The translations under genes and the position numbers were made by a program. A DNA stretch of 64,000 nt, from assembly GCA_963850305.1 (NCBI GenBank), contig CAWKKR010000008.1:512001-576000 (forward strand). Reading direction: 5' to 3'. Under the pieces are notes generated by a model, which had not been told where the DNA came from, searched no databases, and saw nothing but the letters and a program-made list of their open reading frames with translations. Shown in pieces: positions 50,438 through 59,723 of the stretch. Each line of letters opens with the position of its first letter. Within the stretch, counting starts at the first letter, position 1. The stretch comes from an uncultured delta proteobacterium (GTDB lineage Bacteria > Myxococcota_A > Polyangia > Polyangiales > Polyangiaceae).

Positions 50438-50908
50438 TTGAAGGGCGATCCCGAAGTCATCGAAGTGCTGAACGCGGTCCTCACGTCCGAGCTCACCGCC
50501 ATCAACCAGTATTTCATCCATCACAAGATGTGTGAGAACTGGGGCTACGAGAGGCTCGCCGCGAACAAGCGTAAGGAGTCCATCGACGAGATGAAGCATG
50601 CCGATCGCGTTATCGAGCGAATCCTCTTCCTCGACGGAGTACCGAACATGCAGCGATTGAGCCCTGTTCGGGTCGGCGAAGATCCGGTCGAGCAGCACCG
50701 GCTGGATCTCGCGCTCGAGCTCGACGCCGTGGAACGCCTGAACCAGGGCATCGCCCTCTGCGTCGCGAAGGGCGACAACGGCTCACGCGAACTGCTCGAA
50801 TCGATCTTGAAGGAAGAGGAGAGCGGGATCGACTGGCTCGAGGCGCAGCTCTACCTCGTCTCTCAGCTGGGTGCAGAACGGTACCTGGCCGAGCAGATCC
50901 ACGACTGA
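50438..50908 (+). CDS. bfr: Bacterioferritin
   Basis: MKGD, ELTAINQY, ESIDEMKHAD, ERILFLDG; GGAGAGGA RBS before the TTG start. Confidence 0.95.
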   Translation: MKGDPEVIEVLNAVLTSELTAINQYFIHHKMCENWGYERLAANKRKESIDEMKHADRVIERILFLDGVPNMQRLSPVRVGEDPVEQHRLDLALELDAVERLNQGIALCVAKGDNGSRELLESILKEEESGIDWLEAQLYLVSQLGAERYLAEQIHD

Positions 50909-50914
50909 CTCGGG

Positions 50915-51742
50915 CTACCGCCTTCTTCCCGAGACGGCCCCGTGGACAGTCGATCCCGTCGTATCGACGCGCGCATTGTCCGATGTGTGGACCGCGATGT
51001 GACGGCCCGCGACGGAGGAGTCGTGGATCCGGGCGCTCGCATTCCCGGTGGCCACGACGGTGGTCTCGCCGCTGAGGCGAGCGCTCCCGGACACGTCGAG
51101 CTCGGCATTGTCGGAGAGCACGACCGCGGGCCCGATGCCCGTCACGCTGCCTCCCTCGATCGTCAGGTGCGCGTTGTTTCTCGCGGTGATCGCGGTCGTG
51201 CCGCTGATCTCGCATGCGACGAGACGGAGCACGCAGTTCCCGGACGCGATGACCGGGACGCCAGACGGCATCGACAGATTCTTCCCCGTGATCGTCGCAA
51301 CCTGATTTCCGCTGCAGACCACCGGGATCGAGTCGCCTAGATCTCCGGTCATTGCAGACAGCGTCTGGTTCATCGTCCGCTTCAGCGTTCCCGATTGATC
51401 GAGCGCAGAGAGCGCCGCGTTCCCAGTCGCTCGGCCTATCGTGGACAGAACCCGCCATGAAGCGAATCCGCCGAAGCAGATCGTTGCTACGAACGCGAAC
51501 CACAGCCCGCGAAATACGGTTCTGACGACGGCCGCGGGTCGATACGCGAGTGGCACCCGCGGAAGCGAGGAGCCCTCGGGCGGAGTCCAGGCCGGCGGCG
51601 GCGACCAATCCGGCGGCGTCTGCTGAGCGACGGTCCGGAAGCGCGCAACCTGCGACTCCTGGCCGCAATAGTGGCATCTGGCCGCCGTCGCGCCGTCCGC
51701 GACGTCGAGCGGCGCCCCGCAATTGTGGCACTCGAGCAGCAT
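50915..51742 (-). CDS. Zinc ribbon plus TM plus beta-helix-like hypothetical protein
   Basis: CHNC...CHYC, hydrophobic segment, repetitive small-residue C-terminus (ASGN, ARNNA, SDNA). Confidence 0.6.
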   Translation of the reverse strand: MLLECHNCGAPLDVADGATAARCHYCGQESQVARFRTVAQQTPPDWSPPPAWTPPEGSSLPRVPLAYRPAAVVRTVFRGLWFAFVATICFGGFASWRVLSTIGRATGNAALSALDQSGTLKRTMNQTLSAMTGDLGDSIPVVCSGNQVATITGKNLSMPSGVPVIASGNCVLRLVACEISGTTAITARNNAHLTIEGGSVTGIGPAVVLSDNAELDVSGSARLSGETTVVATGNASARIHDSSVAGRHIAVHTSDNARVDTTGSTVHGAVSGRRR

Positions 51743-51863
51743 GGACTCCGGGAGCCTATCACCTCAGTCGTGGTCGTTTCCATGGGCCCGTTGACCCTCC
51801 GTTGACCCCTCCGTTGACCCCCTTGTTTCACGCTATAAGGTCGACCGAGAAAGCGAGATCCGC

Positions 51864-52796
51864 GTGAGCTTTTCCAGCTTCGACATGAATACGTTCGGCG
51901 ACCTTTCATCGCAGACCATCGTCATCACCGGAGCGAACAGCGGCATCGGCTTTGCCGCAGCGATGCTGCTCGCCCGAAGTGGCGCTCGCGTCGTTCTCGG
52001 GTGCAGGGACGCTGAACGCGGCGAATCGGCCGCGTCCCGGATTCGAGCGGCTGCACCGCGCGGAACAGTGGACCTGCTCGCCCTCGACCTAGCGTCGCTC
52101 GCCTCGATTCGCGCGGCGGCCACGACCGTCCTCGACCGGTACCCGACGGTCGACGTGCTGATCAACAATGCGGGGGTCATGGCCATTCCGCGGCGTGTCA
52201 CCGCGGACGGCTTCGAGATGCAACTCGGCACGAACCACCTCGGGCACTTTGCGCTGACGGGGTTGGTGCTCCCGTCCCTGCTCAGGGCAAAGAGCGCGCG
52301 GGTCGTGAGCGTCTCGAGCGCGCTCCACGCGCGAGGTCGAATGGACTTCGACGATCTGCAGGGTGAACGTCACTACGACAAGTGGGCCGCGTACAGCCAA
52401 TCGAAGCTTGCCAATTTGCTCTTCGCTTATGAGCTCGAGCGCCGCCTCCGCCGCGCGAACACCACCGTATCGAGTCTCGGATGCCACCCGGGCTACGCCG
52501 CGACGGAGCTCCAGCACCGCGGTCCGAGCATGGAAGGCTCGGTGCTGATGAGCGCAATCATGACGATCGGAAATCGACTCTTGGCGCAGTCCGCGGAAGC
52601 TGGCGCGTGGCCGACCGTCTTCGCGGCGGTCTCCCCCGAGGCCACCGGGGGCGACTACATCGGCCCGATGGGTCTCAGGAACATGCGCGGGCGTCCCGGT
52701 CGTCAGCGCTCGACTCGACGCTCCCACGACGAGGGGCAAGCGAAGCAGCTATGGGAGCGGTCGGAGCAGCTCACGAAGGTGAGCTTCCCGCTCTGA
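51864..52796 (+). CDS. Short-chain dehydrogenase/reductase
   Basis: TGANSGIG, NNAG, NHLGHF, YSQSK, HPG. Confidence 0.92.
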   Translation: MSFSSFDMNTFGDLSSQTIVITGANSGIGFAAAMLLARSGARVVLGCRDAERGESAASRIRAAAPRGTVDLLALDLASLASIRAAATTVLDRYPTVDVLINNAGVMAIPRRVTADGFEMQLGTNHLGHFALTGLVLPSLLRAKSARVVSVSSALHARGRMDFDDLQGERHYDKWAAYSQSKLANLLFAYELERRLRRANTTVSSLGCHPGYAATELQHRGPSMEGSVLMSAIMTIGNRLLAQSAEAGAWPTVFAAVSPEATGGDYIGPMGLRNMRGRPGRQRSTRRSHDEGQAKQLWERSEQLTKVSFPL

Positions 52797-52811
52797 ATCA
52801 CTTCGCCAGGT

Positions 52812-55157
52812 TCAAGCCACGGGACTCGGGTCTCCGGGAGAGCTCGCCCCGACCGCTCCCGGTGCACCCGGCCGCCAGGCGTCGCGGGCCAGCGCGACGA
52901 AGATCACGAGATACCCGATGAGCGCACCCCAGCTCCATTGCGCGTAGCGCTCGTCGACCCCCAGCGCATCGAACCCCCAGTACTCGCTCACGCAGATGGC
53001 GAGCACGACGGCCGAGACGAGCCCCCATAGCTTCTGGTTCCGCCGGTCGTCCGTGTAGTCAACCATGAGCGGCAGCACGAACACGTAGTGGAGATAATAG
53101 TTCGAGGGGTAAAAGTAGATTGGGATCATCATCATCCCGATGAGCGCCGCCTGCCTGAGGTCCCGCAGCCGCGCTGCGGCCAGCGCGAGCGCCGTGAACA
53201 TGGCGATGATCAGGATGTAGAGGGGACGCCTGTCGATGAAGGTCTGAATCTGGTCCGCCGACCAGTCGCCGCCGGTTCGAGACAGCGCACGCAAGGTCTT
53301 CGACGGATCGAACTGGATCAGGGTGCGCAGACCGACGTGATTGATGTTCGGCTGCACGGAGTGGAGCGCGATCTTGTGGCTCCAGTCACCCCACGAATGC
53401 GAAAATCCGAAGACGGCACCCGATAGCCCGAAGAGTACGGCGACACATGCAGCGGCGCCGCCGACGGCCTTGAGCAGGGGACCGGAGCCGGCCACCAGCG
53501 CGTGCATGTCGAGCTTCTCCCCCTTCTTGCGCTTCTCGGCGACGGCGACCAGCAGGGGCGCCACGAGAAAGAAGACGGAGACCGCAGGAAACGCGCGAAT
53601 CATGGCGCCTCCGGCAAGCAGCACTCCACCGAGCACCCAGCGCTCCTTCTTGAGCGCACACACTCCGAGCCCCACCAGCACCATCCAGTCGTTGCGGAGC
53701 GTCGAGCCGGCCCAGTTCGACCCGAACCAAGGGAACGTGCTCGACCCGTACACGATCACGCAGACGAGCGCGGTGCGAAGACCGAACGTCCTCCACGCGG
53801 TGACGAAGAATCCGGCGAGCAACAGCGGATCGAGCAGCGCCGCCCAGAGCAGGGCATTTTCCGACGCCACCGTGTGGCGGAACATCAGAAAGGGCAACAG
53901 GAGCCATGCCGGCGTCGCGTTCCCGCCATGGTCCCGCAGGCTACCGAGGTAACCGCCGGAGCCCATGGTCTGCCAGAAGTAAGACATGTCCCGCTTGAAA
54001 AGCTTCCAGCGCTCGGGCGAAAAGCGGTCCTTGATCGTCGCGACCTGATCTCGAACGGCGTCGACCGTCGTCATGTCGTACGTGCGAAGATCGCGGATCT
54101 CGACGTTCGCGATGCGCCGTTCCGTCGCGCCCGGCGCGTCTTCGAGGTACGCAGCGACGCTCGCGAGATACAATCCGTCGAAGCCGAGTTCGTGGAAGTA
54201 CTTCGCCGTCGGGAAGTAGACACGCATGTCCCACGTGTGGACCCAGGTTTGCCTGCCGTCCTTCACGTCGTCGAACTGCGGCTGCCACATGTTGTAGAAC
54301 GTGGTCATCGCAAGGAACGCCATCGCCGCGAGCGCGCCCGTGATGAACCGGGGACTCGCGTCCTCGGGCCGCCACGCGAGACGGATCACCGCCGCGGCCG
54401 CAACGAACGCCGAGATCGCGCGGAGCGCGTCGATCACGGGTTGCCCGGGAGGCCACCCATTCATCACCGTGCCATACGCCCAGAAGGCGAGCGCTATCGG
54501 GGCCCCGAAGCAAAGCGTTCTCGCCCAGCCCGGAAGCGTCGTGCTGTGAACCAAAAGGGCGAGCGCGGCGACGAATCCGAAGATCAAGCTCTCGACCTCG
54601 CCTGGAAGCAGCGGCCGACGCCCGTCGAGGACGCGAAGAGCCGGCGGCCACACCGATGGCACGCTCTCGAACACTTCGAGCTCGCTCGCGCTCACCGCGG
54701 CGTCGCCACCGTGCGCGGTGAGTTTCAGGTAACGCGCCGTCGCGTCCAGACTTTGACTCTCTCTCGCCCGCATGCCGGCGCCGCGCACGTTCCCCGCCGT
54801 CCAGAGCACGCGGTAGTGCGTGCCGTCGTCGGAGATCGAGAGAAAGAAGTCGTCGTTGTTGTCGCCTTGAAGGTACGCGGCGTGGATGTGCACCGGCCGC
54901 CCGAGATCCCACTCGACCGAGGCGAGCGGAGTCTTGAAGACCGAGGAGAGATCCGTCTGCCAGAAATCTCCGGGCTGGGCGATCGCCCCATCCGTGAGAC
55001 GCAAGGGGTCCGTCACGTCCGAAACGCGAAGCGGCGCGCGCCCGAAAAGCACGTTGCCCGGAATGTTCAGTCCGCCGCGAGAGCACCCCACCGCCACGAG
55101 ACACGCCGCAAGGACGGCAACGACGAGCGCGATCCGGCGTGGCCCCGAGGATGGCAT
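52812..55157 (-). CDS. Discoidin/F5-8-like domain plus GT-C type multi-TM protein
   Basis: N-terminal LTDG, WDLG, ARYLKL, ELEVF; then many TM segments with WDMRVY, DHGGNATP, RAFP. Confidence 0.6.
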   Translation of the reverse strand: MPSSGPRRIALVVAVLAACLVAVGCSRGGLNIPGNVLFGRAPLRVSDVTDPLRLTDGAIAQPGDFWQTDLSSVFKTPLASVEWDLGRPVHIHAAYLQGDNNDDFFLSISDDGTHYRVLWTAGNVRGAGMRARESQSLDATARYLKLTAHGGDAAVSASELEVFESVPSVWPPALRVLDGRRPLLPGEVESLIFGFVAALALLVHSTTLPGWARTLCFGAPIALAFWAYGTVMNGWPPGQPVIDALRAISAFVAAAAVIRLAWRPEDASPRFITGALAAMAFLAMTTFYNMWQPQFDDVKDGRQTWVHTWDMRVYFPTAKYFHELGFDGLYLASVAAYLEDAPGATERRIANVEIRDLRTYDMTTVDAVRDQVATIKDRFSPERWKLFKRDMSYFWQTMGSGGYLGSLRDHGGNATPAWLLLPFLMFRHTVASENALLWAALLDPLLLAGFFVTAWRTFGLRTALVCVIVYGSSTFPWFGSNWAGSTLRNDWMVLVGLGVCALKKERWVLGGVLLAGGAMIRAFPAVSVFFLVAPLLVAVAEKRKKGEKLDMHALVAGSGPLLKAVGGAAACVAVLFGLSGAVFGFSHSWGDWSHKIALHSVQPNINHVGLRTLIQFDPSKTLRALSRTGGDWSADQIQTFIDRRPLYILIIAMFTALALAAARLRDLRQAALIGMMMIPIYFYPSNYYLHYVFVLPLMVDYTDDRRNQKLWGLVSAVVLAICVSEYWGFDALGVDERYAQWSWGALIGYLVIFVALARDAWRPGAPGAVGASSPGDPSPVA

Positions 55158-55223
55158 GCGAGCTCGCGGGTTTTGGCCTGCCCCGGGGGGCAACGTCAAG
55201 CGCCGGGGTCGAAGAGGGGAAGG

Positions 55224-56609
55224 TCAGGGGGTCGACGGGTCCATCAAGCTCGGCGTGGGCTCGCCCTCGGGATGCGTGATTTTGGGCCGCGCGATGTTCA
55301 TTTTCACGTCCAGGAGCACCGTTTCGCCGGGCTCGAGTGTCACGGTGCGACGTTCCGCGGGTGCGTTGGGGTGTTCGAGTCGCACGTAGTGCACGCCCGC
55401 GGGCAGGGCGATCGCCTCGGCGAAGGGAGTCGTGTCCACCTCTTCACCATCGACGATCACATGCGCCCACGGGTCCACCACGACGCGCAAATACCCGGCG
55501 TGAGGCGGCACCAGCTCGAGACGTGCCTCGCCCCCGGAGGCCCGCTCTCGACGTGCGACGGCCGACGAGTGCTGGATCGCGGTGCCCCCCGCGACGATGA
55601 GACCGAGCGCGACGAGCTGCCCCGCGAGCGCGGTCCGTACCGTCAGGGGCCGAACGCGATTCGCAGCGACACGCAACGAACCGGGCCGGGCGGGCGTGAT
55701 CGTCGGGTCCGCGACGAGCCCGAGTCGAACGAGCTCGGCCCGAACGGCTTCCGTCGGCGAGCCGAACCCCGCTTCGCCGAGCTCTGCCGCGAGCACCCGC
55801 GCGAGCTCGGCGGCAGTCGAGTGCCGGTCGCCCGGCATCTTCGCGAGACACCTGCGCACGGCACGGTCGAGGGATGCGGACGCACCCGCGACAATCCGGC
55901 CCGGCGGCAACGCCGAATCACGACGCCCCCTGCGAACCCCACGGCCTTCGCCGTCGAAGGGACGCTGTCCGGTCAGCATCTCGAAGAGCACGATTCCGAG
56001 TGAGTAGAGATCACTTCGGGCGTCCTCGGGTTCGCCCAGGAGCTGCTCCGGGGACATGTACGCTGGCGTGCCGAAGCCGGCGCTGCCCTCGAGTAGCTCC
56101 GGCGCCGTCGGCAAACGCTCATCGGCCGCGGCGGCGAAGTTGGCCAGCTTGACGACTCCCGCCTGCGAGACGAGCACGTTATGAGGCTGCAGATCGCGAT
56201 GCACGACGCCGTGCGCGTGAGCGTGACCGAGCGCCTCCGCGACGGACAGCGCGATCGCGACGGCGCCGGCGAGCGAGAGCCTTCCCTTCGCTGCCAGGAT
56301 CTCGTCGAGGGAGAAGCCGTCGACGTACTCGAGGACGAGCCACATCGAAGCCTCGTCGCGCACGAAATCGAGCACCCGGATGACGTTGGGGTGATCGAGC
56401 GCCGTCAGCAGCTTCGCCTCTCTCTCGAGTGCCGACGCGAACGGGGACGTCGGGAGGATGCCGCGGCCGAGAGCTTTGATGAACACCACCCGGCCCAGCG
56501 GCACCTGTTCGGCGCGATAGAAATCCGTCACCGGGCCCGCGCGAAGCTTCGCCTGCACGCGATAGCGCCCGAAATCGGGCTCATCGGTCGGATTCGAAGG
56601 CGGGGTCAT
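55224..56609 (-). CDS. Membrane Ser/Thr kinase-like protein with C-terminal PEGA-like domain, DFG altered
   Basis: HPNV, LEYVDG, HRDLQPHN, ANFA, GTPAYMSPE; TM; PWAHVIVDG...TTP...LPAGVH. Confidence 0.8.
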   Translation of the reverse strand: MTPPSNPTDEPDFGRYRVQAKLRAGPVTDFYRAEQVPLGRVVFIKALGRGILPTSPFASALEREAKLLTALDHPNVIRVLDFVRDEASMWLVLEYVDGFSLDEILAAKGRLSLAGAVAIALSVAEALGHAHAHGVVHRDLQPHNVLVSQAGVVKLANFAAAADERLPTAPELLEGSAGFGTPAYMSPEQLLGEPEDARSDLYSLGIVLFEMLTGQRPFDGEGRGVRRGRRDSALPPGRIVAGASASLDRAVRRCLAKMPGDRHSTAAELARVLAAELGEAGFGSPTEAVRAELVRLGLVADPTITPARPGSLRVAANRVRPLTVRTALAGQLVALGLIVAGGTAIQHSSAVARRERASGGEARLELVPPHAGYLRVVVDPWAHVIVDGEEVDTTPFAEAIALPAGVHYVRLEHPNAPAERRTVTLEPGETVLLDVKMNIARPKITHPEGEPTPSLMDPSTP

Positions 56610-56674
56610 GAGCGCCGGGAGACTATATCCGTTCCAGAGTCCGCACTTTTGAACTAACCCTCCCTACCTGAGCG

Positions 56675-58576
56675 ATGGACTCCGAGGCGGTTCCGAAGCG
56701 CCCGTCGCGCAAGTTCTCCGATCGGGCACGCGCGGTCGCCGCGAAGGTCGCAGGGTACTTTGCCCATCGCGATCCGACCGTGCGCGACGCGTTCGGGCCG
56801 GCCCTCGTCGTCTCCATGCTCCTCTTCCTTCGGAGCCCGGCGAGCAACTACATCTTCGACGAGCAGGAAGCGCTGCTCGCGAACCCGTTCGTCAACGGCA
56901 AGGTTCCGTTCAGGGACATCCTCTCGCGCGACTTCTGGGGCTTGCCGCACGACCGAAGTATCGGGTCCTACCGGCCATTGCCGAACCTCGTGTGGCGGGC
57001 GCTCTGGCAGCTGGGTCCGGTCTTCCAGCACCCGTGGACCTTACACTTCGTCAATATCCTCGTGCACGCGCTGAACGCGGCGTGCGTCGCGCGGATCGCG
57101 TTCGGTCTGACGCGGCAACGTTCCGCGTCGTGGCTCGCCGGTGCGGCGTTCGTCACGTTCGCGGTCCTGACCGAAGCCGTCACGGGTGTCGTCGGCATCG
57201 CGGACGTGTTCGGCGCGCTGGGCCTCTTGCTTGCCGTGCTCGCTCTCGAAAAGTCGCTGCCGACGATGACCGTTGCCGTGTTCGCGTCGGTCTCGCTCGG
57301 ACTCTTCAGCAAGGAGAGCACGCTCGTCGCGCTGCCGATCGTCGCCTGGGTCGCCCTCGTCGCGGCGCCGATACACCACCGCGAGCGTCCGCTCCGCGTC
57401 GCGCGCAGTCTCGCAGCGTTCGTGGCGGCGGCGCTCGCGCTCGTCTTGTACGCGGAGACGCGACGGCACTTCTTCCCGAGCGAGCCGCCCGCGGCTCTGG
57501 GGCCCGGGGGGCAGGCGTCGCGGATCGCTCGCGGGTTCCACGCGTTCCTGAAGTGGTTCGACCAACCGAAGCTGCCTCAGGATCCAGTGAACAACCCTTT
57601 CATCCTGGCGGACCTGCCGCATCGAGTGGCCGGCGCACTCCGCGTGTACGCGAGCGGCGTGGGCCAGGTATTTCTCCCCCTGACGCTGAGCGGCGATTAC
57701 TCCTACGCCGCGGAACCCGTCCCCACCCGTCTCTTCACGGCGCGTTCGATCGCGGGCGGCCTGCTGCTGCTCGGGCCTCCGCTCGTCGGCGTGGGAGCGT
57801 GGCTCTCGGCGCTGGTCTCGGAGTACCGCGGCGTGCTCGGCGGCGCGCGCACGCGGCTGATCGTGGCAATCGCCTGCGTCTGGGCGCCCGTCGCTTACTT
57901 TCCGCACTCGAACATCCCCGTGACGCTCCCGACCGTCCGCGCGGAGCGCTTCTGGTACTTGCCCGCCGTCGGCGTCGCGCTCGCGCTCGGGGTCCTGTTC
58001 GCGAATCTGGTCCGCAGATCGCGCTTCTTCGGCGTTCCACGTGGCGGGCTGGCGGTCGTCACGGCGTTCCTGTGCTTCCAGGCGACGCGGGCCCGCATGC
58101 ACGCGTGCGACTACTCGAACGATCTCGTATTCTGGAGAGCAACGGCGCGAGCGGCGCCGCGAAGCGCGAAGGCCCACCTCAACTACGGCGTCATGCTCGG
58201 CGCCCGCGGCGAGCTCGAACCGCGCCTGGTGGAGAATCGACTTGCGATGGAGATCGCGCCGTCGTGGCCCATGGCACACGTGTATTACGCGGACACGCTC
58301 TGTCGCCTGAATCGCACGGACGAGGCCTGGCCACACTACTTGACGGGCATCCGGCTCGCGCCGAACGATCGCAACCTCATCGCGCTTTCGCTCCAGTGTC
58401 TGTGGGAACATCACGCCATCGAGTCGCGGGCCCAGGAACTCATGGACGAGGCGGACGAGCACCCCGGAACGTGGCTATCATACCTGTTCCGCGACATCGT
58501 CGCGAACGGCAAGGAGAACGGCGGCGTGCCGAAGAAGTACCGCCCGCGCGCCTACGACGAAGGTCCGTCGGAGTGA
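56675..58576 (+). CDS. TMTC-like membrane glycosyltransferase with TPR tail
   Basis: FDE, RDFWG, SYRPL, HFVNILVH, SKES, NNPF, LSGDYS, AERFWYLP, then TPR-like helices. Confidence 0.75.
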   Translation: MDSEAVPKRPSRKFSDRARAVAAKVAGYFAHRDPTVRDAFGPALVVSMLLFLRSPASNYIFDEQEALLANPFVNGKVPFRDILSRDFWGLPHDRSIGSYRPLPNLVWRALWQLGPVFQHPWTLHFVNILVHALNAACVARIAFGLTRQRSASWLAGAAFVTFAVLTEAVTGVVGIADVFGALGLLLAVLALEKSLPTMTVAVFASVSLGLFSKESTLVALPIVAWVALVAAPIHHRERPLRVARSLAAFVAAALALVLYAETRRHFFPSEPPAALGPGGQASRIARGFHAFLKWFDQPKLPQDPVNNPFILADLPHRVAGALRVYASGVGQVFLPLTLSGDYSYAAEPVPTRLFTARSIAGGLLLLGPPLVGVGAWLSALVSEYRGVLGGARTRLIVAIACVWAPVAYFPHSNIPVTLPTVRAERFWYLPAVGVALALGVLFANLVRRSRFFGVPRGGLAVVTAFLCFQATRARMHACDYSNDLVFWRATARAAPRSAKAHLNYGVMLGARGELEPRLVENRLAMEIAPSWPMAHVYYADTLCRLNRTDEAWPHYLTGIRLAPNDRNLIALSLQCLWEHHAIESRAQELMDEADEHPGTWLSYLFRDIVANGKENGGVPKKYRPRAYDEGPSE

Positions 58577-58579
58577 CGT

Positions 58580-59542
58580 TCAGCCCGTGCGCATCAGCCA
58601 CACGAGCCCCGCGACGCTGAGCGCGAGCACGATGACGGCGAGCAGCGCGACCAGCACGTCGGTCGGCGTCCATCCCCCGGGCTCTCCCCCCCCCGAGCGT
58701 ATGCGTTCCCCCACGCGCACGTTGCGCGAGGCCGGCGCAGGTCGCGATGCAGGAGCGCTGGCCGCGAGCGGAGGCGAGTTCGGCGGTTCGACGAGCTCGT
58801 TCTCCTTCATGCGCTCGTCTGCCGCGCTCTCGAGCTGGTCCAGGGCCTCGCCGACGGGGTCTTCGTAGACGAGCCGGCTCTTGCCGATGAACACCGATTC
58901 GCCGCGCGGCCACGGGGCCTCTTCCCTGGCGTCGAGCTTGCGCTGGCCGAGCTGCGTTCCATTCTTCGAGCCAAGATCCTTCACCATCACGCGATCGCCA
59001 CGCCTCGAGATCTCGAGATGACGTCGCGATAGATCCGGGTCATCGACGTTCAAGTCGATGTTCGGCGATCGCCCGACCACGTACTCGCGATTCGGCGCGT
59101 CCAGCACCAGCTCCGCGCCCGCTCCTGGGCCCTCGACGACCTCGACGCGCAGCGCGGAGCGCGAGCCTTCCGCGGCGAGCCCGTCCGCCACGAGCGCGAG
59201 CGCGATTTCGCGCGTCGCCATGGGCCCGTTCGCCGTCGGCAGCGCTTGCTCCAGCAGCACCTCGAGCCACACGCGACCGACGCGGACTAGGTCGCCGCTC
59301 TTCACGATGCGCGGCGCCTGCGCGGACAGGCGCACCGGTCCGACGAACGTGCCGTTCGAGCTCCCCTCGTCCATCACGATGTACTCGGAGCCGCGCTGCC
59401 GGAACGATGCATGTCGATGACTCACGCTCGGGTCCGGCAATCGGACCTCGCATCCCTCGCCGCGTCCGACGACGATGCGAGGCGCGTCGAACGTGACGCG
59501 GAGGTTGCCTTCGCCCGAGCGGACGAGGAGGGTGAGAGCCAT
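58580..59542 (-). CDS. Double-FHA domain protein with C-terminal TM
   Basis: VGR...SVSHRH...SSNGT and VGR...LSRRH...SKNGT. Confidence 0.85.
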   Translation of the reverse strand: MALTLLVRSGEGNLRVTFDAPRIVVGRGEGCEVRLPDPSVSHRHASFRQRGSEYIVMDEGSSNGTFVGPVRLSAQAPRIVKSGDLVRVGRVWLEVLLEQALPTANGPMATREIALALVADGLAAEGSRSALRVEVVEGPGAGAELVLDAPNREYVVGRSPNIDLNVDDPDLSRRHLEISRRGDRVMVKDLGSKNGTQLGQRKLDAREEAPWPRGESVFIGKSRLVYEDPVGEALDQLESAADERMKENELVEPPNSPPLAASAPASRPAPASRNVRVGERIRSGGGEPGGWTPTDVLVALLAVIVLALSVAGLVWLMRTG

Positions 59543-59723
59543 GCGGGGGCGGAAGGATTGCCGACCCGCGAGCGTTCTGACAAATCCTCTTGTTTTTGGG
59601 GCACCTCCCGCGTCGCGCGGCGTACCTCGACAGAGGCCTCGAAAGTTGGCCCGGAGGGGGGCTTCGCCTTAGTCGAAAGCCGAGCGGGCTCCCTCGAAAT
59701 GAGGCGGCCCGCCGGAGGAATTC

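Noticed and set aside
53502..56003. 833-aa plus-strand ORF
   Set aside because: Antisense to two well-supported minus-strand genes; Arg-rich shadow composition.
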